Below are positions 1-8,363 of a stretch of DNA of 14,840 nt, piece after piece. Origin of the DNA: Promethearchaeota archaeon (GTDB lineage: Archaea; Asgardarchaeota; Odinarchaeia; Odinarchaeales; JBHLKK01). Numbering within the stretch: position 1 is the first letter of the stretch; each line of letters opens with the position of its first letter. The notes under the pieces are model-generated. The model did not search any database. It saw only the letters and a list, made by a program, of their open reading frames with translations, and had not been told where the DNA came from. The stretch spans positions 1-14,840 of the forward strand of contig JBHLPL010000043.1 in NCBI GenBank assembly GCA_048939465.1, written 5' to 3'. The position numbers and the translations under genes were made by a program.

Positions 1-1353
1 CCAATGCTCTATTCTATAACGTACATAGTGACTAGATCAAGAATCCTCAGTTTTTTGCCTTTTTTCACGTCCTTCATTGTGTGTTGGGTGAATAACAGAA
101 ATCTTGAGAGATGGCTAGTCGGATATTATTTTAATGGACCGTACCCCTGCTTATATGGTTTCATGCTTTCTATATTAAGTCTCAGCTTGGTTTTGTTATG
201 GTATATCACTAGGCTTGACAGGTTTTTCTTTGCCGCATTCTTAACACTCATAACTACTCTTATCGTCTACCTTCCCTTTGCTTTTTTGAATACGATATAC
301 CTTGTTGTCGTTTTCTTCTATCTAAGGGACAAATCCTGCAGCTTAACCTCTTGGATAAAGAAAAACCTACTTCCAATAATTTTCTGCTTCAGTCTGGGTT
401 TAGCGGTTCTTGGTTACTACTCATTAGTGTCCGGTGCTTTTCGAGTTTACATGGAACATGTATTGGGTGAGGGTGGCGTTGGACCAGGTTATACTTTTCC
501 TGTGAGTCTTCTTTATATGGACATGGTTGGAATAGCAATAGTTCCAGCATTAGTGATATCAGTGTTGTCTGTTAAAATAGATGGTAGCAAAACCATGAGA
601 GCTATTTACATGTATTATATCCCTATGACTTTACTTGTGTTGCTGTCTCTGAATGGTTTTCTCTACAACTTTCTACAGTTCCTGGTTCCAAATCGGGTGA
701 TGGTCATAAGTAGTCTGCTTTCATGGTTAGTGATTGGGAGATTAGTATATCTTGCATCTCAACGTGTAGACTCATCGAACGTCCGTGGTACGCCAAGAGA
801 AACAGGAATGGACAAAAGAACCAGAGTGAAGACCTATGCAGTTCTAGGGATAGTGCTAGCTATCGGTCCTAGTTTAGTCTTTCAGTTCTCTTTATTGGCA
901 GCCAATATCTACGCGTGGTTTCCGCGCTCTTCCTACTTCACTGATGACATGAGCGCACTTGAGTGGATTAATATGAACGTGCCTCCAGAAGATCTAATAC
1001 TAAATGATTACTCTTTCACCAGTCTCTACTTGCAGTCGCTATCCATAAAGAATGTGACGTGTTTTTATTCTCTATCACTGAGTCTACAACAAAGAGTGAA
1101 AGATATATATCAAATATGGTATACACCGAATGACGAAATCTTGGTAAGGAATTTGCTTCTGAAATATGATGTAAGATATGTTCTAGTTACGTCCGAACCT
1201 CGCTTTCAGAATTACACATACATTGGAGGAACGGACCAATGGGTAGAAAAATCGTTTAAACCATCAGAATATAACGAAATCTTTAGTAGCTACGCATTCT
1301 TAGAGCAGGTTTTTGGAATTGGAAATTCGTCTGTTTATAGTGTGAATGCATAG
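1..1353 (+). CDS. Multi-pass membrane protein with C-terminal extracytoplasmic domain, probable GT-C-fold glycosyltransferase-like protein (5'-truncated by window edge)
   Basis: Frame is open from base 1 (cca atg ctc), so the true start is probably upstream. About 9-10 hydrophobic segments are followed by a soluble tail 'DDMSALEWINMNVPPEDLILND...LLKYDVRYVLVT', a pattern typical of the C-terminal alpha/beta domain of archaeal GT-C-like membrane proteins. Stop TAG at 1351-1353. Confidence 0.6.
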   Translation, partial: PMLYSITYIVTRSRILSFLPFFTSFIVCWVNNRNLERWLVGYYFNGPYPCLYGFMLSILSLSLVLLWYITRLDRFFFAAFLTLITTLIVYLPFAFLNTIYLVVVFFYLRDKSCSLTSWIKKNLLPIIFCFSLGLAVLGYYSLVSGAFRVYMEHVLGEGGVGPGYTFPVSLLYMDMVGIAIVPALVISVLSVKIDGSKTMRAIYMYYIPMTLLVLLSLNGFLYNFLQFLVPNRVMVISSLLSWLVIGRLVYLASQRVDSSNVRGTPRETGMDKRTRVKTYAVLGIVLAIGPSLVFQFSLLAANIYAWFPRSSYFTDDMSALEWINMNVPPEDLILNDYSFTSLYLQSLSIKNVTCFYSLSLSLQQRVKDIYQIWYTPNDEILVRNLLLKYDVRYVLVTSEPRFQNYTYIGGTDQWVEKSFKPSEYNEIFSSYAFLEQVFGIGNSSVYSVNA

Positions 1354-1423
1354 TCAATTCGAAAACAATTTGAAGTGACGTTAAAAACTTGCACAGGTAA
1401 TTCCCTAAAGACATGTCCTAGTC

Positions 1424-2494
1424 CTATATTTGACTTGCCTTGAAATAATGCTTCGCTGCTTTCCTTTCACCTTTTATCATGCGCATCAGAAATAGTGAAA
1501 CTAATTTTTTAAAATTTGTTTTGAGCATATACTTCGTGACTTCTGAATGTGGTACTCCTCTCAAGGACTCTTGAGTGTGTATTCTTTTTTTCCAAATCTC
1601 TCTCAAGTTTCTCAATACCCAGACTATTGCTTTTAACGTAGCACCAAGGAGGAGAGGGTTTTTTCGAACAATCAGATCACCTATCATAAAGCCTAATGTG
1701 GGAATCAGAGGGTTATACCTGAAGAGAAAGCTAAGTGCTTGATTTTTTACAGAGGTAACGATGCGATTCTTCTCATTGTGGAATTTTTTTATGAATGACG
1801 GGGGAGACGATCCTCCACTCACATGGTATATCACTGATTTTGGTACAAACAATATCTTGTAACCACGGAGCCTTATTCTCCAACTCAAATCTATATCCTC
1901 ATAACTCATGAAAAACTCAGGGTCGAATAATCCAATTGTGTCTATAATTTTCTTTCGAATGATTATGGCAGCACCTCTGGCACTGAAAATTTCTCTTAAA
2001 TAGTCGTACTGCCCCCTATCTTCTTCTCTCCAATCGCCTCCTATCCGTATTGAACTTCCATAGTAGTCGACTATATCTCCTACAGAATCTATAACTTTTT
2101 TATTCCCAAGAAGGAGGAGTTTACCTTGTGCTGCACCAACCTCTGGGTGCTTTTCCATGACAATCACTAGCTCTCTTAACCATGTTGGCTCAACTATCGT
2201 GTCATTATTGAGAAGAATAACGTATTTTCCTTTGGCATGACGTGCCCCTACATTGTTTCCTTCTGCAAATCCAAGATTTTTGGGATTTTTTATTATCTCA
2301 AGCCGCGGATTGCCTTTAAAAACTCGTTTAACGAACATAATGCTATTGTCAGTAGAAGCGTTATCAACCAGAATAATCTCAAAATTCGGATAGTTTGATT
2401 GCAGGACAGATTTTAAACACGACTCCAAGAATTGTCTCCCATTGTAATTTAAGATGATTATGGAGACGAGAGGGAGTCTGGATAGCGAGACCAA
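1424..2494 (-). CDS. Glycosyltransferase family 2 (WbbL/rhamnosyltransferase-like GT-A fold)
   Basis: Motifs VSIIILNYNG, ILVDNASTD, LLNNDT, EDIDLSWR, HxxG. Start moved from 2578 to TTG at 2494: it lies 7 nt after an AGGTGA SD and gives an N-terminus (MVSLSRLPLVSIII) comparable in length to the two paralogs. Confidence 0.9.
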   Translation of the reverse strand: MVSLSRLPLVSIIILNYNGRQFLESCLKSVLQSNYPNFEIILVDNASTDNSIMFVKRVFKGNPRLEIIKNPKNLGFAEGNNVGARHAKGKYVILLNNDTIVEPTWLRELVIVMEKHPEVGAAQGKLLLLGNKKVIDSVGDIVDYYGSSIRIGGDWREEDRGQYDYLREIFSARGAAIIIRKKIIDTIGLFDPEFFMSYEDIDLSWRIRLRGYKILFVPKSVIYHVSGGSSPPSFIKKFHNEKNRIVTSVKNQALSFLFRYNPLIPTLGFMIGDLIVRKNPLLLGATLKAIVWVLRNLREIWKKRIHTQESLRGVPHSEVTKYMLKTNFKKLVSLFLMRMIKGERKAAKHYFKASQI

Positions 2495-2624
2495 GATGCT
2501 TTCACCTTTCTCTGATTCCCAGCTTGTTTCCATTTCTCTTATTATTCCCATAATAATAACATTAAAAAATAAAAACAATTCTCCTCTTCCTTGAGAGAAA
2601 ATTCAAGACCTCATCCACCACAGA

Positions 2625-2636
2625 CATAACTTATAG
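2625..2636 (+). promoter_or_regulatory. Candidate BRE/TATA element for the GT2 pair 2673-4785
   Basis: CATAACTTATAG, 36 nt upstream of ATG 2673, in a divergent intergenic region. AAAGATTTGTAA at 2649-2660 is an alternative. Confidence 0.35.
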
Positions 2637-2672
2637 ACGACATTCTCTAAAGATTTGTAAAGAGGTTCTTTT

Positions 2673-3725
2673 ATGAGTAAAACGCGAAAAATACGCAATC
2701 TGCCTAAGGTCAGCATCATCATACTGAACCACAACGGAAAGCATTTTCTCAATCGTTGCTTAGCTTCGTTGAAGGAAATAGATTACCCTCCTAATCTTCA
2801 TGAAGTAATATTAGTTGATAATTCTTCTAGTGATGATAGTGTAGATTTCGTTAAGAAGCATTTTCCATGGGTGAAAGTAATTTCTCTTGATAGGAACTAT
2901 GGTTTTGGCGGGGGGAATAATAGAGGAATTAGACGTGCAACAGGAAACTACTTCGCATTTCTGAACAATGATACTAAAGTGATGCGTAGATGGCTAACAG
3001 AACTAGTAACTGCATCAATTGAGAATTCAACACCCGTATGTGCCAGTAAAACTCTTTTCATGAATGATCCTAGTATAGTAGACTATGGAGGTGGAAAGCT
3101 CACGATTAGTGGGAGAGGCTATAGTACTGCATTTGGAAAGAGGAATGTAGAAAATGTTGAATCTCCCACGTATACCGGATATCCTTGTGCTGCAGCCATG
3201 CTGATTAGAAAGGATGTGTTCTTAAAAGTAGGACAGTTTGATGAAGATTATTTCGCGTGTCTAGATGACACCGACCTTGGCTGGCGTACTTGGTTGCTCG
3301 GTTATACAATTCTCTATTGCCCTAAATCTGTTGTTCATCATGTAGGTGGGGGAACGACTGGAAGGAAGCGTATATCTCACACAAAAGCGTTTCATGGTCC
3401 GAAGAATAGCCTCATGAACATCTTAAAGAATCTTGAATTCCGGAATATCCTATTTGGTGTAATACTCGCATTTATTTATGACTTTATAGAAGTAATTTCC
3501 TTAATGAGAGTCAAAGACGCCAGTTGTATAAAGAAGAGAATAAAGGCCTATATATGGGTAATTAGGAATTTGCGACGCATATTACAGAAACGTTACACCG
3601 TGCAACAAAGCCGTGCTGTATCAGATAAGTGGCTGTATGCAAATAAGCTGATGGTTTCATTCAAAGATGCCCTACGTGAGCACATACGTCTGGGCAGGCT
3701 AAATCTTAGATTTTGGAAGACCTGA
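2673..3725 (+). CDS. Glycosyltransferase family 2 (WbbL/rhamnosyltransferase-like)
   Basis: VSIIILNHNG, ILVDNSSSDDS, FLNNDT, DDTDLGWR, HHVGGG; clear paralog of both flanking GT2s. Confidence 0.92.
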   Translation: MSKTRKIRNLPKVSIIILNHNGKHFLNRCLASLKEIDYPPNLHEVILVDNSSSDDSVDFVKKHFPWVKVISLDRNYGFGGGNNRGIRRATGNYFAFLNNDTKVMRRWLTELVTASIENSTPVCASKTLFMNDPSIVDYGGGKLTISGRGYSTAFGKRNVENVESPTYTGYPCAAAMLIRKDVFLKVGQFDEDYFACLDDTDLGWRTWLLGYTILYCPKSVVHHVGGGTTGRKRISHTKAFHGPKNSLMNILKNLEFRNILFGVILAFIYDFIEVISLMRVKDASCIKKRIKAYIWVIRNLRRILQKRYTVQQSRAVSDKWLYANKLMVSFKDALREHIRLGRLNLRFWKT

Positions 3726-3771
3726 CGAATTAATCAAAAACTGGAAGAATCAGAAGGGAGAAGTCTAATTA

Positions 3772-4785
3772 ATGACAGAGCCATTAGTCTCAGTTATAGT
3801 ATTGAATTGGAATGGGAAGAAATTTCTAAGCAAATGCTTGGGATCCTTGTTGGAGCAAGATTATCCAAATTATGAGGTTCTTTTGGTTGATAACGGATCT
3901 ACCGATGGCAGTATAGAATTCGTAAAAGAAAGACTTGGAAAGAATAGTAGATTAAGGCTCATAGCGTTAGATGAGAACTATGGATTCGCCAAAGGAAATA
4001 ACATTGGAATCAAGTACGCCCATGGCAAATATGTTATCATCTTGAACAACGATACAGAAGTTAAGAGGAGTTTTATTAGGAAACTAGTCAAAACAGCGAA
4101 AAGCGATGATCAGATTGGTAGCGTTACTTGTAAGATTCTAAGTACGGACAGCAGACTTTGGTTTAGCCAAAAATTCACAAACAGAGGATTCATTGTACCA
4201 TTCTTCTTACAAAACTTGACCAGAGACCGTATAAGACGAATATCTAATGTTTTTCGTTCTAACATAGGCAATGCTGGTTGTGCAGTACTCTATAAGAAAA
4301 GTGTCTTAAATAAAATTGGTTACTACGATGAAGATTTTTGGTCTAATTGGGAAGATTATGATCTGGGTTACAGAATAAACATTGCGGGATTTAAATCAAT
4401 ATACATCCCACTTCCCCTTGTTCTACATGTAGGTGGGGGTTCAGAAGGTTTTTCGCCCGACCGATATGTACGGATATATCGAAACATGCTTCTAACGTAC
4501 TTCAAGAATTACGAATCAAAGAATCTGCTTGTACGTTTTCTTATTTTTTTGTTTCTTTTACTCCCGCTGCACCATCTGGGATGGATAGTGTCTCACATAC
4601 TTTTCTATAAACCTGAGTTCGAGAAGCGGAAATCTTATCAATATGTCTTCTCACTTGTGAAAGCTTACACTCATTTTATGCGCAGGCTAAGACATTTCGT
4701 AGAGAAGAGAGTCATGATACAAAAACTAAGGAAAGACTCCGATAAGCAGATTTTCTCAAGAACTAAAACAAGATATATTGTCTAA
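3772..4785 (+). CDS. Glycosyltransferase family 2 (WbbL/rhamnosyltransferase-like)
   Basis: VSVIVLNWNG, LLVDNGSTDGS, ILNNDT, EDYDLGYR, HVGGGS; AGGGAG SD-like element upstream of ATG; 46 nt downstream of the previous GT2. Confidence 0.92.
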   Translation: MTEPLVSVIVLNWNGKKFLSKCLGSLLEQDYPNYEVLLVDNGSTDGSIEFVKERLGKNSRLRLIALDENYGFAKGNNIGIKYAHGKYVIILNNDTEVKRSFIRKLVKTAKSDDQIGSVTCKILSTDSRLWFSQKFTNRGFIVPFFLQNLTRDRIRRISNVFRSNIGNAGCAVLYKKSVLNKIGYYDEDFWSNWEDYDLGYRINIAGFKSIYIPLPLVLHVGGGSEGFSPDRYVRIYRNMLLTYFKNYESKNLLVRFLIFLFLLLPLHHLGWIVSHILFYKPEFEKRKSYQYVFSLVKAYTHFMRRLRHFVEKRVMIQKLRKDSDKQIFSRTKTRYIV

Positions 4786-4835
4786 AGAGATTTGACGAGT
4801 TCATTCACTTTTCGCCTCTATATTCTAAGAAACAA

Positions 4836-5531
4836 TTATTTTCTCAGAACCATAAACATATTGTTTATAAAAAAGTTCCCGGTGGCAACCTTGAAATCAT
4901 CGTATAATAAGGATGTTACAAAAGCACGCATAATGGAGCCTTCTTTGAACCTCTTATTACTAATTAGTATAGGCCTGAGCCCCTCCTTTCTTAAGAGCTT
5001 AACTACCTCCGTTGGATAGAAGTGATGAGGATGAATTCTATCAAACAATCCAAATATGACCTCAATCGGTTTTATGAATGATTTTACTGTATGCAGCCAC
5101 AGTAGTAGTCTTCCATTCTTTTTTAATACTCTAGAGATTTCTGCCACCACTTTCTTCGGGAAAATCACATGATCAAGAACATTAAAGCATATTACAATAT
5201 CTATTGATTGATCACGGAAAGGTAGCTTTTCTCCAGCAGCCATAATGTGTGGCGTTTTGATTTTGAATCGTTCCCAAATCTTACAAAAATCTAAGGGATC
5301 GATTCCTATTTTGAGAGGAGGGCGTATTGGATCAATAAAGTGTATTATCCCATACGGTCCGCAACCTACCTCCATTACGCTTTTTCCTCCAAAAAAACCA
5401 AAATCAATTTGAAAATTATCTTTCAGGAATTTTCGCCAATGAATTCCTGTCTTAATTGCTTTTACATCTTCTTGGAACCAAAATTCTTTTTCAGCTTCTG
5501 CAGCGATCTTCCACTTCTCGATATTGCTCAT
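4836..5531 (-). CDS. Class I SAM-dependent methyltransferase (Methyltransf_11-like)
   Basis: Motif I VMEVGCGPYG, acidic post-beta2 IGIDP, 'AGEKLPFRDQSIDIVICFNVLDHV', 'EISRVLKKNGRL'. Confidence 0.9.
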   Translation of the reverse strand: MSNIEKWKIAAEAEKEFWFQEDVKAIKTGIHWRKFLKDNFQIDFGFFGGKSVMEVGCGPYGIIHFIDPIRPPLKIGIDPLDFCKIWERFKIKTPHIMAAGEKLPFRDQSIDIVICFNVLDHVIFPKKVVAEISRVLKKNGRLLLWLHTVKSFIKPIEVIFGLFDRIHPHHFYPTEVVKLLRKEGLRPILISNKRFKEGSIMRAFVTSLLYDDFKVATGNFFINNMFMVLRK

Positions 5532-5569
5532 CCTTCTACGATCCTTAAACTTAAAGCATCAAAGAGATT

Positions 5570-6796
5570 TTAGGATGCTAATTTATGATTTATGACATTC
5601 GAAAAGACTTCAAGCATGCGTTCTCCCAGTTTCTCATATGAGAGAAGTTCAGAAACATGTGTCCATCCATTCGAGCCTAGATCTAATGCTAGTCTCTTAT
5701 TTTCATAAAGCGATAATATTGCTTTGGAGAGAGCGTCATAATTGCCAGGTTCTATTATTAACCCTGATTCTGTAACCCGAATATAACGAGCAGGTTCACC
5801 TTTTGAAGCGCAGATTATTGGCTTACCGAAAGCTTGATATTCAAATATCTTAGTGGGTAATCCATCATCTACTGCTGCAGCAGGGTTCATAGGTAATAAA
5901 AAAACATCCGCCAAACCAAGCATTTCTGTAAGCTGATGCTCATCCAAGCGGCCTACTAGTAATTTCACATTCTTGAGATTCAACTCGTTAATTTTTCTTT
6001 TGATACGTGAAGCGTATTCTCCAGATCCTCTTATAACAAATTCTATCTTTTCATTGTTTTGCAGTAATCTCGCAGCTTTTAGTATGATATCGAAGTCATA
6101 GCCTATACTAAGAATGCCGGAATACATAACAGTAAACTTCCCTTTAGAATCGTCTTTACTGATATTACGAGAATGAAAGATTTCAGTATTAACGCCTACT
6201 TCAATTACATGAATCTTATTCTTATTTATTCTGTATTTTTCTACTATAGTTTTCACATATCCTGGACTAACAGGGGTAATCGCAGCAGACAGCTTATAAG
6301 TTATCCTTGAGGCAAAATTAATTATCCTACGCAAGATTTTTGATTTAATCCAGCCAAGATCATATATTGCTTCAGGCCATAGATCATCCACATTCCTGAC
6401 CACTGGACATTTTTTGACTAGGCTGTATATAAGAGCAGAGTAAAATGAGAAGAAGTTGGGGTTTGCTGCCCAAATAATATCCACCTTTCCTATAACAGGC
6501 AATGCAAACAATGTTGAAAACATGAAGGCTAGGTGCAATAGCAGTCTTTTTGCAAAACCTTCGTGAGGTAAAGGAGGTACCCAAACTCTTATGACCTTCA
6601 CGTTTTGGAGTTTCTCAAATTCAATTATCTTTCGTCTATACTGCTTGGGAATCTTTCCATGCGGGTAATTAGGGAATGCTGCTACTACTGTTACCTCATG
6701 TTTCAGCTTCTTCAAACCCTTAACTATGTTATATACCCTAGTACTTGCACCGCCTATGTCAGGCGGGAAGTATTGTGCCATGACCAAGATGCGCAT
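5570..6796 (-). CDS. Glycosyltransferase family 4, WbuB-like subfamily (GT-B fold)
   Basis: MRILVMAQYFPPDIGGA, PNYPHGKIP, DLWPE, YSGIL, 'LPTKIFEYQAFGKPII'; GAAGGTGA SD upstream of ATG. Confidence 0.92.
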   Translation of the reverse strand: MRILVMAQYFPPDIGGASTRVYNIVKGLKKLKHEVTVVAAFPNYPHGKIPKQYRRKIIEFEKLQNVKVIRVWVPPLPHEGFAKRLLLHLAFMFSTLFALPVIGKVDIIWAANPNFFSFYSALIYSLVKKCPVVRNVDDLWPEAIYDLGWIKSKILRRIINFASRITYKLSAAITPVSPGYVKTIVEKYRINKNKIHVIEVGVNTEIFHSRNISKDDSKGKFTVMYSGILSIGYDFDIILKAARLLQNNEKIEFVIRGSGEYASRIKRKINELNLKNVKLLVGRLDEHQLTEMLGLADVFLLPMNPAAAVDDGLPTKIFEYQAFGKPIICASKGEPARYIRVTESGLIIEPGNYDALSKAILSLYENKRLALDLGSNGWTHVSELLSYEKLGERMLEVFSNVINHKLAS

Positions 6797-7127
6797 TGTT
6801 TATGTATTCACCTTCACTTCCGTTATACCTAACTTTTTTTGTCAAATCCAAAGACACTAACTCTAAGTTGTCTGGGAGTATTACGTCCTACGTTTATTTA
6901 TTGCTTTACCTATTACTTTGCATATTTCCGTGTCTAGTTCGAGTCGACCGCTCATAATAAAATGGCGATATTATGAAAACAATGATCCTACTCTTATAGT
7001 TCTGGTACTGGCTCAAATATCGGGACAGTCCTTTCATTCCATAAATCTTTATTTTATCATTTAAGAAAATATCGTTTGCGTTATTTATAAAGAACATCAG
7101 TCCCATAATTTATAGAAAGGAGTTTAT

Positions 7128-8246
7128 CTAAATCAGACAATCATATACTTTTTCTACATCTGATGTTATCTTCTCAAAATCATACTTAAGACGAATCATT
7201 CTGAGTGCGTTTTTGCATAGGTAATCTCTCAAAGAGGATTTTTCAGATATCTTTATTACAGCCTGAGCTATAGCCTCGGGATTTTTGGACGGAACTACGA
7301 TTCCTGTTTTCCCATCAGATACTATTTCGCGGATGCCACCAACGTCAGTCGCTATAACAGGGATGCCGGATGCCATTGCTTCGAGAGCTACTGTCGGTAT
7401 ACCTTCCCACAGGGAGGGTATTACGAAAACCGAGGAATTTCTAAGGAGATGAGGGATTCTTGCGTGTGGCTGCTGCCCCAAGAATTCTATTGGCAATCCT
7501 TGGGCTAGTCTTTCCAATTTCTCCCTACTATCTCCATCTCCAACAATCGTAAGCGAAACTTTGCGGTTATCATTAGCTAGCTTCTTTAAAGCTCCTATAA
7601 GATAAGAAAGACCCTTCCAAAGCTCAAGATCACCAACATAAATCAATCTTTCTGTTTTAGACTTCAGGTGTCTTCTCGGGAAGAATACCTTCGTATCAAC
7701 ACCATTTGGCACAATTATTATCTTGTTCTTATCTATGTTAAACACCTCGACAGCATAATTGAGATCATGTTGGGATATTGAAAGTATGATGTCAGCAGAA
7801 TTAAGTGTAAACCGTGCAAAAGTCTTGTCAAAAAGAGTTTTTGCAAGTAACTTTATTGTTCCAAGCTTGAGTGTCGGAGGAGGCCCAACTCCTCCGTGTA
7901 GATGGATAACCATCGGAGGTTTTCTTCGAATCCTCCGAGAAATGGCTGCCTGTATTGATGAAAAATATAAATGGGAGTGAACATGGACCACATCAAAATT
8001 ACATTTCAGCAGCTTATGTATCATTAGAGCTACTGGGTTTATGTTCCACACTACTTTAGGAGCATAAAACCGGTGGATAGTGACTCCATTCTTCTTTTCT
8101 ATGGAAGGGTCAGAATTACGGAGTTTCGTTGTATATATAGTAACATCGTGACCTCTGGCCGCAAGGTGCCTGGAAAGATTATAACAATAACGCTCTGAAC
8201 CGCCATATTGCTGACCCAGAAATGGAGACACTTGTAATATTTCCAA
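7128..8246 (-). CDS. Glycosyltransferase family 4 (GT-B fold, retaining)
   Basis: MEILQVSPF...GGSE, GHDVTIYT, PNGVD, KGL, 'PSLWEGIPTVALEAMASGIPVIATDVGG' (E-X7-E). TTG start with GAGAGGGTG SD-like element. Confidence 0.93.
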   Translation of the reverse strand: MEILQVSPFLGQQYGGSERYCYNLSRHLAARGHDVTIYTTKLRNSDPSIEKKNGVTIHRFYAPKVVWNINPVALMIHKLLKCNFDVVHVHSHLYFSSIQAAISRRIRRKPPMVIHLHGGVGPPPTLKLGTIKLLAKTLFDKTFARFTLNSADIILSISQHDLNYAVEVFNIDKNKIIIVPNGVDTKVFFPRRHLKSKTERLIYVGDLELWKGLSYLIGALKKLANDNRKVSLTIVGDGDSREKLERLAQGLPIEFLGQQPHARIPHLLRNSSVFVIPSLWEGIPTVALEAMASGIPVIATDVGGIREIVSDGKTGIVVPSKNPEAIAQAVIKISEKSSLRDYLCKNALRMIRLKYDFEKITSDVEKVYDCLI

Positions 8247-8265
8247 CTAGGGCACCCTCTCATCG

Positions 8266-8304
8266 GCAAGTACAGCTTTTAGAATAATATCAATAGCAAG
8301 TACA
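8266..8304. repeat. 9-bp perfect direct repeat GCAAGTACA x2, 30-bp period, in the GT4 upstream region
   Basis: GCAAGTACA at 8266-8274 and 8296-8304 in the 117-bp intergenic region between the DUF1616 gene and the GT4 start. The repeat is directly visible; its function is not established. Confidence 0.8.
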
Positions 8305-8363
8305 AATATCTTTTCGACAATCTTTCACGCTCAAGAATTTAATTTGAAGAACATCCTAGAGAA

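Noticed and set aside
1351-1443. Possible pyrrolysine or selenocysteine readthrough at TAG/TGA stops (e.g. 1351, 3723, 10195)
   Set aside because: Downstream in-frame sequence is short or non-homologous, and each protein is already complete at its stop.
2495-2578. N-terminal extension of the GT2 in the ORF track (MFLFFNVIIMGIIREMETSWESEKGESI)
   Set aside because: AT-rich, promoter-like sequence; paralogs lack it; an SD-supported TTG exists at 2494.
4792-6832. Short plus-strand ORFs 4792-5019, 5340-5573, 6605-6832 and alternate-frame 6384-6584
   Set aside because: Lie antisense to or inside well-supported genes; no motifs; shadow ORFs.
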